Shown in pieces: positions 8,675 to 17,164 of a DNA stretch of 35,304 nucleotides. The position numbers and the translations under genes are program-made. The notes under the pieces are model-generated. The model was not told the DNA's origin. It did not search any database and worked only from the letters and a program-made list of their open reading frames with translations. Numbering within the stretch: the first letter of the stretch is position 1; each line of letters opens with the position of its first letter. This DNA comes from Candidatus Hadarchaeota archaeon (GTDB taxonomy: Archaea > CAYQAE01 > CAYVLA01): assembly GCA_964452145.1 (NCBI GenBank), contig CAYVLA010000024.1, forward strand, positions 1 through 35,304. The letters are read 5' to 3'.

Positions 8675-9478
8675 TTGCAGGCAGATGGATTCGGCGACAG
8701 GGATATTGGGATATACTACGTTGCCAAGGGCAGGCAGCTGGCCCAGATATCGATGCTGCTGAAGGACGTCCCGGGTTCTCAGAGCAGGGTTCTGGCAGTC
8801 CTGGCAGAACACGGCATCGATCTCAAGCTCGGCTGGTTTGACACCGCCGAGCGGGGAGTAACGGGCAGGTACAGCGCATTCGCCGACATCACGAACTGCC
8901 AGCTGGACATGAAGGTCCTAAAGGAGGAGTTGATGGCCACGAAGATGATCTATCAGGTCGCCATTCAGACCGCCAGGGACGTCATCTTCGATTCACACGT
9001 CAAGGGCCTTAGGATGATGGACCGGGACATCTTCCCCATTGGGCTTGCCGAGTGGTCGGAGGTCAAGAAGCATGTCAACCCCAAGGTCCTCTCCAAGATG
9101 GGGAGGGCCTTTGGCGAGGTCATCGCGGACTACTGGCAGGATGAAATAGGGGACCTGACCAACAAGCTGAGCGTGTGGGAGAGAATCCTAGTGTCCAGAT
9201 CGATAGGCGACAAGGTCGTGATCGACGTCGAAAAGGGGCTGGTAACCGTGGAACACTGCTTCTCCTCACGAGAGTACAGGGGTAGTGGCCCATCCTGCTT
9301 CCTTGTCTCAGGCATGCTGGAGGGAATCCTCTCCAGCATTCTGCTGGAGGAGGTCAAGGTGACCGAGGTCGAGTGCGTGGCCAACTATCAGGACAGATGC
9401 GTGTTCAAAGTCGAGATGCCGTCGAACAGGAGGCTCCGGGACTTCCGGAACATAAGCGAGAAGCTCGACGGACTGTAG
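8675..9478 (+). CDS. ACT-domain + V4R-domain ligand-sensing protein
   Basis: LKDVPG...VLAVLAEHGIDL is ACT-like. The C-terminus has HCF...SCFLVSGMLEGILS...VTEVECVA....RCVF, the V4R Cys pattern. GGAGG lies upstream of the TTG. Confidence 0.8.
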   Translation: MQADGFGDRDIGIYYVAKGRQLAQISMLLKDVPGSQSRVLAVLAEHGIDLKLGWFDTAERGVTGRYSAFADITNCQLDMKVLKEELMATKMIYQVAIQTARDVIFDSHVKGLRMMDRDIFPIGLAEWSEVKKHVNPKVLSKMGRAFGEVIADYWQDEIGDLTNKLSVWERILVSRSIGDKVVIDVEKGLVTVEHCFSSREYRGSGPSCFLVSGMLEGILSSILLEEVKVTEVECVANYQDRCVFKVEMPSNRRLRDFRNISEKLDGL

Positions 9479-9487
9479 GCGAGTGGG

Positions 9488-10783
9488 ATGAGGACCGTAA
9501 GGATCGGGATGATCGGACTGGGCACGGTGGGCGCGGCCGTCTACTCGATACTGAGGGATCAGAGGAAGCGCCTTGAATCGCGACTCGGGGCTAGGCTGGC
9601 CGTCGAGAAGGTAGCGGACAGAAGGCCCGAGGTAGCCGAGAAGCTGGAGATCCCGGACGCGATCTTCACCACCGAATCCGAGGAGATCCTTGGCAACAAG
9701 GACATCGACATCGTGGTCGAGCTTATCGGGGGCCTTGAGCCCGCCAGATCCTTCATATCCCGGGCTCTTTCCGCGGGGAAGACCGTGGTCACGGCCAATA
9801 AGGAGGTCATAGCCCTCAGCGGTCGCGAACTTGTGGCGCTTGCCCGTGAGCACGGCTCAGGGCTGTATTTCGAGGCCTCGACCTGCGGGGGTATGCCGAT
9901 CTTGCGGGGAATTCACCAGGGCCTGGCCGGGAACAACGTTAGGGAGATCTACGGAATAGTCAACGGAACGACCAACTACGTCCTGAGCAAGATGGACCGG
10001 GAGGGCATGGAGTTCGATGACGCCCTGGCCGAGGCCTCCCGGAAGGGCTACGCGGAGGCGGACCCCTCCTACGACATAGATGGCATAGATGCCGCACACA
10101 AGATCGCGATCCTGGCGTCCATCTCGTTCGGCAAGTGGGTCACGGTGGACATGGTCTACAGGGAGGGCATCCGAAGGATAGCGCAGAGGGACATGGCCTA
10201 TGCGAGGGATCTGGGCTACGCCATAAAGCTCTTGGCGGTGAGCAAGAGGACCAAGCGGGGATTGGAGATCAGGGCTCACCCGACGCTGATCCCGGCCAAC
10301 CACTTGTTGTCCTCGGTGGTGGACATCTTCAATGCGGTCTTTGTCAATACGGACTGCGCGGGGCCCGTCCTGTTCTACGGAACGGGCGCAGGGGGACCCA
10401 GCGCGGGCAGCGCGGTCGTGGCAGACATCCTTGATGCCTCAAGGTCCATACTGTCCAACTCGCGCATGGGCTTTGAGAGCGGCCTGCCCTTTGAGGCGGC
10501 GTCCGGGATCGTGGACATAGGCGACCTGGTCTCCAAGTACTACGTCAGGCTTAGGGTCCTAGACAGGCCTGGAGCTCTGGCGAGCATCGCCGCCGTGTTC
10601 GGCCAGGAGAACATCAGCCTTGCGAGCGTCCGCCAGACCGAGGAAAGGCGCAGAGTAGTGGACCTGGTCTTCATGACGCACGAGGCCTTGGAGAGCAACC
10701 TGAGGAAGGCCCTTGAACGGATCGGCCAGCTCGAGGTTGTTGAGGAGGTCAGCTCTTGCATAAGAGTCGAGGACAGGATATGA
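9488..10783 (+). CDS. hom: Homoserine dehydrogenase with C-terminal ACT domain
   Basis: GLGTVG, VVELIGG, VVTANK, FEAS..GGMP, NGTTNYVL, GYAEADP..D..G.DAAHK, DRPGALA. Confidence 0.96.
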   Translation: MRTVRIGMIGLGTVGAAVYSILRDQRKRLESRLGARLAVEKVADRRPEVAEKLEIPDAIFTTESEEILGNKDIDIVVELIGGLEPARSFISRALSAGKTVVTANKEVIALSGRELVALAREHGSGLYFEASTCGGMPILRGIHQGLAGNNVREIYGIVNGTTNYVLSKMDREGMEFDDALAEASRKGYAEADPSYDIDGIDAAHKIAILASISFGKWVTVDMVYREGIRRIAQRDMAYARDLGYAIKLLAVSKRTKRGLEIRAHPTLIPANHLLSSVVDIFNAVFVNTDCAGPVLFYGTGAGGPSAGSAVVADILDASRSILSNSRMGFESGLPFEAASGIVDIGDLVSKYYVRLRVLDRPGALASIAAVFGQENISLASVRQTEERRRVVDLVFMTHEALESNLRKALERIGQLEVVEEVSSCIRVEDRI

Positions 10784-11856
10784 CCGGTCGATGGCCCGGG
10801 GTGATCCGGGCATACTCCGATTTCCTCCCTGTGGATGAGGACACGCCCGTCATAACCCTAAACGAAGGCAACACGCCATTGGTGGAGTCGACATATCTCG
10901 GCCCACGGGCGGGGATCGATCTGCACTTCAAACTGGAGGGACTGAACCCTACCGGTTCCTTCAAGGACCGCGGCATGACCGTTGCAGTCTCAAAAGCCGT
11001 CGAGGCAGGATCCGGCATGGTCGTATGTGCCTCCACAGGCAACACCTCGGCTTCCGCCGCGGCCTACGCGGCAAGGGCCGGCATCAGATGTGCGGTTTGC
11101 ATACCCAAGGGAGCCATAGCGAAGGGCAAGCTGGCACAGGCCCTGGTCCACAATGCCGAGGTAGTTGCTCTTGATGGCAACTTCGATGATGCCCTCCGGG
11201 TGGTCCGCGCCATGGCGGAGGATTACCCGGTGACGCTGGTCAACTCCCTTAATCCTTTCAGGATAGAGGGCCAGAAAACCGCCGCGTTCGAGATCTGCGA
11301 CCATCTCGGACGCCAGCCGGAATTCTTATGCATACCGGTTGGCAATGCCGGGAACATCACGGCCTACTGGAAGGGTTTCTGTGAGTACCGCTCCGCCGGC
11401 CGGGTGGACGGGACCCCAGCCATGCTGGGCTTCCAGGCAGCCGGGGCCGCACCCATAGTTCTCGGCAGGATCATCGAGAAGCCCGAGACGATCGCGACAG
11501 CGATCCGGATCGGGAACCCGGCAAGCTGGAAGCAGGCGGTCCGAGCCGCAGACGAGTCCCGGGGATCCATCACATCCGTCACCGACGATGAGATAACGAC
11601 TGCATACAAGGCCCTTGCATCCAAGGAGGGGATATTCGTGGAGCCCGCCTCCGCAGCCTCGGTTGCCGGTCTGGCCAAGGCTCTGGAAAGGGGCGATGTC
11701 GCAGAGGGATCCAAGGCGGTCTGCGTCCTCACTGGTCACGGCCTCAAGGATCCGGACATGGCGCTGAGGATCATCCACGAGCCCAAGGTCCTTCCCCCAC
11801 GGGTGGAGGATGTTGTGGACCATCTGGGCCTCAGGACCGAGAGAGCCCTTGCCTAG
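10780..11856 (+). CDS. thrC: Threonine synthase
   Basis: EGNTPL, KLEGLNPTGSFKDRG (PLP lysine), CASTGNTSAS, PVGNAGN, TIATAIRIGNP, TGHGLKDP. ATGA overlap with the hom stop. Confidence 0.96.
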   Translation: MTGRWPGVIRAYSDFLPVDEDTPVITLNEGNTPLVESTYLGPRAGIDLHFKLEGLNPTGSFKDRGMTVAVSKAVEAGSGMVVCASTGNTSASAAAYAARAGIRCAVCIPKGAIAKGKLAQALVHNAEVVALDGNFDDALRVVRAMAEDYPVTLVNSLNPFRIEGQKTAAFEICDHLGRQPEFLCIPVGNAGNITAYWKGFCEYRSAGRVDGTPAMLGFQAAGAAPIVLGRIIEKPETIATAIRIGNPASWKQAVRAADESRGSITSVTDDEITTAYKALASKEGIFVEPASAASVAGLAKALERGDVAEGSKAVCVLTGHGLKDPDMALRIIHEPKVLPPRVEDVVDHLGLRTERALA

Positions 11857-13258
11857 ATGTCCGGCCCAAGCCGAACTCTCGGTGTATCGCCGACACCGCC
11901 GCCGCAGAATCACCCCTTCTCACGACAAATGATATGTTGAGTTCGGAGGAGCCCTGGGCGATCATCATCACGTTTATTCCGCCATCGGCCACGGCCCTGA
12001 AGACCTTGGCCGCCGCTCCGGGAGTCCCTTTCATACCGGCGCCCACGACGGAGACTATGGAGATCTCCTCGTCAAACCTGACCTCCTTAACGGCCTGATC
12101 CCCCTCGAACTCCGAACCCAGAACCCTGCGGCAGAGCGGGATGTCCTTTCCGGGAATAACTATGGTTATGTTGGTTTCGGATGAACTCTGGGAGATCATC
12201 ATGACGTTGACCTCTGCCCGGGCGAGGGCGTCGAAGATCCTGGCCGCGACTCCAGGCACCCCCACCATCCCGGTGCCCGACACAGCGATCATCCCTACAT
12301 GATCGGCCCTGGTCACGGCCTTAACCGAGTCGGCGGCCTCGGACGTCCTGTCACTGATTAGGGTGCCCGGGCTGGCAGGGGACGCTGCATCCTTGACCCT
12401 GATCGGAATCCCCTCCTGCATGGCGGGAGCCATCGTCCGGGGATGGAGTACCTTCGCGCCGAAGTATGCCAGCTCCGCGGCCTCGGCGTAGGAGAGGACT
12501 GGTATGGTCCCGGCCTCCGGAACGAGTTTGGGGTCCGCGGTCATGATCCCTCCGACATCCTTCCATATCCAGATCTCATCGGCCTCCAGACAGGAGGCGA
12601 GGATGGAGGCTGTGTAATCCGACCCGCCCCTTCCCAGCGTGGTGATCCCGCCCGATTCGTCCTCGGCGATGAAGCCTGCGACCACGGGAACCAAACCCCG
12701 GGCAAGCAGGTCGCCCAGGCGGGATGCCGCTCTCTCCCTGCAGATCTCCATATTGGGCATCGCCTCACCGAAGTGGGAATCCGTCACAAGGCCGGCCTCG
12801 CCTCCGTCGAGCGCAAGGGATGGCGTCCCGAGAGAGGAGAGGACGGCGGCGAAGACCAGGGTTGAAAGCCTCTCCCCCACCGAGATGATGCTGTCCCTGT
12901 CCCTAGCTGGGACACTGCCCCCGGCCAGATTCGACAGCTCCTGTCCGGCCAGGCATACCAACGCCTCAAGCTTTGATGAGATCTTGGCCCGGCCCTCCGG
13001 GCCAACCACGCACTCAGCGGCTTCGAGGTGCAAAGCCAACAGATCGCGGCAGAAGCATTCGATCGCGCACGGCTCGGGCGGCTCCCCTTCCAGTTGCCCT
13101 ATCATGGAAAGGAGCCGATCGGTCACTCCTCCAAGCGCCGAGGTAACGACGATCACCTCATTGCCTCGGTCCATCTGGTCCTTAGCCAGCTGCGCGGATT
13201 CTCTGATTCGTCTGCCGGAGGTCAAGAGTCCTCCGCCGAACTTCATGACTATCCTCAT
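11831..13258 (-). CDS. lysC: Aspartate kinase with two ACT domains
   Basis: VMKFGG, SALGGVTD, GERLS, TTLGRGGSDYTA, DV.GIMTADP, GAKVLHP, ISQSSSE, IAQGSSE. Confidence 0.95.
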   Translation of the reverse strand: MRIVMKFGGGLLTSGRRIRESAQLAKDQMDRGNEVIVVTSALGGVTDRLLSMIGQLEGEPPEPCAIECFCRDLLALHLEAAECVVGPEGRAKISSKLEALVCLAGQELSNLAGGSVPARDRDSIISVGERLSTLVFAAVLSSLGTPSLALDGGEAGLVTDSHFGEAMPNMEICRERAASRLGDLLARGLVPVVAGFIAEDESGGITTLGRGGSDYTASILASCLEADEIWIWKDVGGIMTADPKLVPEAGTIPVLSYAEAAELAYFGAKVLHPRTMAPAMQEGIPIRVKDAASPASPGTLISDRTSEAADSVKAVTRADHVGMIAVSGTGMVGVPGVAARIFDALARAEVNVMMISQSSSETNITIVIPGKDIPLCRRVLGSEFEGDQAVKEVRFDEEISIVSVVGAGMKGTPGAAAKVFRAVADGGINVMMIAQGSSELNISFVVRRGDSAAAVSAIHREFGLGRTSRQGLSRS

Positions 13259-14463
13259 AGCGTCCCTTCCAGAGCCTGCAGATCCTTCTGCAACGAGGGC
13301 AGGAACACCCCCACATCCGAGACAAGCCCCAGGACCTGCGCCGAGCCCCTGTCGAGCAGCTTGGTGACGGCCGAGCTGCTGATGTCCACGCAGACGGTTC
13401 GGACGTGGGACGGGAGGAGGTTGCCCACCGCGATGGAGTGAAGCATAGTGGAGAACATCATCACCAACTCGGCCCCGCGGAGCACACCCCTCATCCGATC
13501 CTGGGCCTCCATAACGTCGGTGACCACCTCCGGCAGCGGCCCGTCATCCCGGATGGAGCCCGCTAGAACGAAGGGAACCCCGCCCCGGATGCACTCGTAC
13601 ATGATGCCGCTCCTGAGGATGCCCTTGTCGACGCACGCCTTCAATCCTCCGTGCGTTCTGACCTCGTTTATCGCCATGAGATGGTGCCTGTGGCCGCCCT
13701 CGTGTCTTCGGGCCGTCGCGATTTCGGTTCCCAGAGAGGTGCCGTAGAGGGCGAATTCCACGTCGTGCACTGCGAGCGCGTTCCCGGCCAAGAGCCCTCC
13801 GACGAATCCGTGCTCGATCATCCATGCGAGCGAGGATGCCGCGCCAGTATGGACCACCGCCGGCCCAGCAACGACAATCACCTTCGCCCCTTTGCGCTTC
13901 AGGTCCCAGATCTCCTTGGCAAGTCTTGAGACCACAGTGGCGACGGGCTTCTCTGAACTGGCCATGCTCGTCATGAACTCGAATATTCCGATGGACTCTC
14001 TGGGGCGCTCAGGTGGAATGACCCTGACGCCCTGTGTCCCGAGCACGACCGGATCGCCCCTCCTTATCCCGGCGATGGGTACGCACAACGGCCTCCCATC
14101 GCGCACGACGATGGCGCAGTCCATCTCTATGTCTGATACCTGAACCCATGAGCCTTCGATGTTGACGAAGGTGGGGTGGTTCGTGGTGGAGTAGAAGCCC
14201 GCCGGGAGGACCCCGTCGGCGGGCGAAGGCTGGGTTCTGAGCGCCTCCATCTCGGGCAGGGAGGCCCCCAGCCCCCTGAGCTCGCTGAGAAGCTGATCAA
14301 GGTGCTGCCCATCCCTGCCCTTGATCAACATTCTGACGAAGGATTTCTCGGTCTTCCTCTTTCCCACATTGAACTCTAGGAACTCGAAGTCCCCGTTCAG
14401 ATCCATGATCAGATCCAGGACTCTGGGTAGGACCCAGCTGTCGATCACATGTCCCTCCAGCAC
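13255..14463 (-). CDS. LOR/SDH-domain protein (TIGR00300/MJ1480 family; ornithine cyclodeaminase-type)
   Basis: EGHVIDS, DGVLP.GFYSTTNHPT, EMDC, FEFM...SSEKP, GPAVVHTG, GNALAVHD.E, GSIRDDGPLP, MLHSIAVGN, KL.DRGS. The start may lie a few codons upstream. Confidence 0.9.
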   Translation of the reverse strand: MLEGHVIDSWVLPRVLDLIMDLNGDFEFLEFNVGKRKTEKSFVRMLIKGRDGQHLDQLLSELRGLGASLPEMEALRTQPSPADGVLPAGFYSTTNHPTFVNIEGSWVQVSDIEMDCAIVVRDGRPLCVPIAGIRRGDPVVLGTQGVRVIPPERPRESIGIFEFMTSMASSEKPVATVVSRLAKEIWDLKRKGAKVIVVAGPAVVHTGAASSLAWMIEHGFVGGLLAGNALAVHDVEFALYGTSLGTEIATARRHEGGHRHHLMAINEVRTHGGLKACVDKGILRSGIMYECIRGGVPFVLAGSIRDDGPLPEVVTDVMEAQDRMRGVLRGAELVMMFSTMLHSIAVGNLLPSHVRTVCVDISSSAVTKLLDRGSAQVLGLVSDVGVFLPSLQKDLQALEGTL

Positions 14464-14482
14464 TATCTCCTTGACCTCCGTG

Positions 14483-15751
14483 TTAACCGCCTCCTTCGAC
14501 TCTGAACCTCGCGATGTTCTCCTCGTCCAGTCCCAGTCCCCTCAGTATCGCCTCCGCCCGACCAGGATCATTCTCACAGATGATGCGAAGATAGGGAAGC
14601 AGATGGACCATTGCCTCCTTGGTGGACATGTGGCACCTTCGGCCTATCTCCCGGGCAATCCCGGCTTCGAATGCCAGGTTGCTTCCGCTCCGAACATCCA
14701 CGCCCTGGGCCACCCGCCTCAAGACCCCCGCCACCTGCCTTATCCGCATATAGTCCGTGGGGCGGGAATAGCTCGATTGCCTGTCGTATCCCGGGGCGCG
14801 CAGATCGGCCAGAGAGCCCAGCCCCCTCGTCATCATGTCCGTAGCATAGCCCCAAAAGCCCCAATGCATCCTTCGATATACCCGCGAAAGGTATATGTCG
14901 GCGGCCGACGCGATCTCGTAGGCCTCGGCGCGCTGCCGAGCATCGGTGTATCTCAGGGGCAGGTTCTCGGCTATCCACTCCAGGAGTTGATCGGGAGAGA
15001 GGTCCAGATCCCTTGCATAGTCGGCGGCGTTAGGATAGCCGCTGAAGATCAAGTCCAAGGCCCGAAAGATGCTTCCCTCCGTCCTTCTCTTTTCGGGGAC
15101 ACGCACGTCCTGTCTGGAGACCTTTCCGCCAATCGAGACGGTTTCCATGTCGTTGATGGCCGATCGAAGATCCCCCTCGGCCCGATCGGCAAGAAGGTTC
15201 AAGGCCAGGAAATCAGGCTGCACGCCTTCCTTCCGGGATATCTCCCTGAGGACGGCTGCAATTGCATCCTTTCTCACCCTGCCAAACTGGATCGGTTTGG
15301 CTATGCGCCTGAGATGGCTCAACTTGGGGGAGTAGAGATCATTACATATCAGGATGATCGGATTGACCGAGCACCTGATGATCTCGGAGATAGCTTTGGG
15401 CCCACCCCTATCCTCGCTCCCGCTCAGACCATCCACTTCATCGATCACCAAGAGCTTCATGGCCTTGCCCGAGAAGCTGAACCTCGTTCTCGATGACCTC
15501 GCGATCTCATCAAGGGCCGACTCGGACCTCTTATCGCTTGCGTTGATCTCGAGAACCTCCCAATTCATCTCGGTGCCCAGTGCAAGTGCAGCCGTGGTCT
15601 TTCCCGTCCCGGCGGGCCCGTAAAGAAGCACAGCTTTCTGTCTCGGTTTGCCCATGGACCAGGATTCAGCCCACTTTCTGAGGGTGGCGATTGGGGCGTC
15701 CTGACCCCTTATCTGAGAGAGCCGTGTCGGCCTGTGCTTCTCCGTCCACAA
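14483..15751 (-). CDS. rfcL: Replication factor C large subunit
   Basis: WTEKHRP, GPAGTGKTT, EINASDKR, IDEVDG, PIILICND, GDLRSAIND, LEWIAEN, ADIYL. Confidence 0.95.
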   Translation of the reverse strand: MWTEKHRPTRLSQIRGQDAPIATLRKWAESWSMGKPRQKAVLLYGPAGTGKTTAALALGTEMNWEVLEINASDKRSESALDEIARSSRTRFSFSGKAMKLLVIDEVDGLSGSEDRGGPKAISEIIRCSVNPIILICNDLYSPKLSHLRRIAKPIQFGRVRKDAIAAVLREISRKEGVQPDFLALNLLADRAEGDLRSAINDMETVSIGGKVSRQDVRVPEKRRTEGSIFRALDLIFSGYPNAADYARDLDLSPDQLLEWIAENLPLRYTDARQRAEAYEIASAADIYLSRVYRRMHWGFWGYATDMMTRGLGSLADLRAPGYDRQSSYSRPTDYMRIRQVAGVLRRVAQGVDVRSGSNLAFEAGIAREIGRRCHMSTKEAMVHLLPYLRIICENDPGRAEAILRGLGLDEENIARFRVEGGG

Positions 15752-15757
15752 GCGACC

Positions 15758-16762
15758 TCACCTCAGGGAACAGATCTGGGCCAGGAGGCTTTCGCATTGA
15801 AGAACGTCGTTGCTGCCCTCCACGAGGCGAAACTCGCACTCAGCCAGAAGCTCCAGAAGGCTGGCCAGCTTGGTCCTTGGGATCTCCATGCGGGTTGCTT
15901 CTCGGTGCATCTGGCTGACCAGATCGAGGCCGGATAGCCCCTGGTCGAGCATTATCTGCCTCAGCTTATCGCGGGCCTCCCCGAAGTCACCGTTCAGGCC
16001 CAGCGCCAGGAGCTGCTTGATGTCGCCCGGATTGGCTTCCCCCGAGATCTTGTGGACGAGTTCATTCGTGATCGTCCCGCCGAAGGAGTGGGCAGCCTGA
16101 AGTAGGTTGGTGGCCTTTCTCATGTCCCCCTGAGAGACGTAGTAGAGGGCATCATAGGCCGCCTCGTCGATATCCAGGCTCTCGGCGGAAGCGATCAAAC
16201 GAAGGCCCGAGACCATCTCGTCCCTCTTCAACGGAGCGAACCTCAGTACCACACACCGGGACTGGATCGGCGAGATGAGCTTGCTGGAGTAGTTACACGA
16301 AAGAATGAACCTGCTGGTGGCCGTGTACTGCTCCATCTCCCTGCGAAGGGCGTGTTGGCTGTCGCTTGTCGTGTTGTCGACTTCGTCCAGGAATACGATC
16401 CTGAACGGTGCATCCCCTAGCACCATGGAGCGACAGAAGGTCTTGATCTTTGTCCGGACGACCTCTATGCCCCGCTCATCGGAGGCGTTGAGCTCCAGAA
16501 AATTTCCCCTCCAATCCTCCCCCAGGATCCTGCGGGCCAGTATCAGGGCGCATGTGGTCTTGCCCACGCCTGCGGGCCCGGCAAATATCAGGTGGGACAT
16601 CCTCCTTTGGGCCACGAAGGAGGACAGGATCCTGACCACATCCGCCTGGCCGGCGACCTCCGCAAGCTCCGTAGGCCGGTACTTCTCGATCCAGGGAAGC
16701 TCGCTTTCCGGGTTGGAGGACAGGAGTAGAACGCCATTGAGAAGGGATATCAAGTTTCGCAT
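15758..16762 (-). CDS. rfcS: Replication factor C small subunit (exact start uncertain)
   Basis: PWIEKYRP, GPAGVGKTT, LELNASDERGI, LDEVD, ALRREME, FILSCNY, PIQSRC, GDMRKA. No intein is visible. Confidence 0.95.
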   Translation of the reverse strand: MRNLISLLNGVLLLSSNPESELPWIEKYRPTELAEVAGQADVVRILSSFVAQRRMSHLIFAGPAGVGKTTCALILARRILGEDWRGNFLELNASDERGIEVVRTKIKTFCRSMVLGDAPFRIVFLDEVDNTTSDSQHALRREMEQYTATSRFILSCNYSSKLISPIQSRCVVLRFAPLKRDEMVSGLRLIASAESLDIDEAAYDALYYVSQGDMRKATNLLQAAHSFGGTITNELVHKISGEANPGDIKQLLALGLNGDFGEARDKLRQIMLDQGLSGLDLVSQMHREATRMEIPRTKLASLLELLAECEFRLVEGSNDVLQCESLLAQICSLR

Positions 16763-17164
16763 TTTGAGATGTGCTTGGGCAAGATTCTTAATTGTTTGTC
16801 ATCTGCATTGGTGACGAAAGGATCAGGCTTTGCATGGGGCCGTGATTGTTCCGGGGGCCGCCATGACTTCAAGCGCTTCCTAGAATTCTGCTCGGCTGGG
16901 CCAGCGCGGCCCAACCTCCAAGACGCGCCCCGGGACTCCTCCGGGCCATCCTCGCCGAGCATCGTCTACACGCGCATGCGGCCAGTCCCGCCTTGTGTCG
17001 CGCCGGGGTGTGCCGGCACGAGTCCACCCTTGTGCTGTTCACCGCGATCACGGCCCGTATCCGGGTCAGATCCGCTGCGGGGTTGCCGGAAACCCAGCCT
17101 TGGGTCGCAAGCGAAGCATGATCTGCTTCTGAGAACCTGGGAACAAGCCGTCTCCTCCCAACAT

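Noticed and set aside
14321..15496. Long antisense ORFs (14321..15496, 24368..25468, 19087..19947, 5257..6018, 34663..35268 and similar)
   Set aside because: They are shadow ORFs opposite well-supported genes in GC-rich DNA and have no family motifs.
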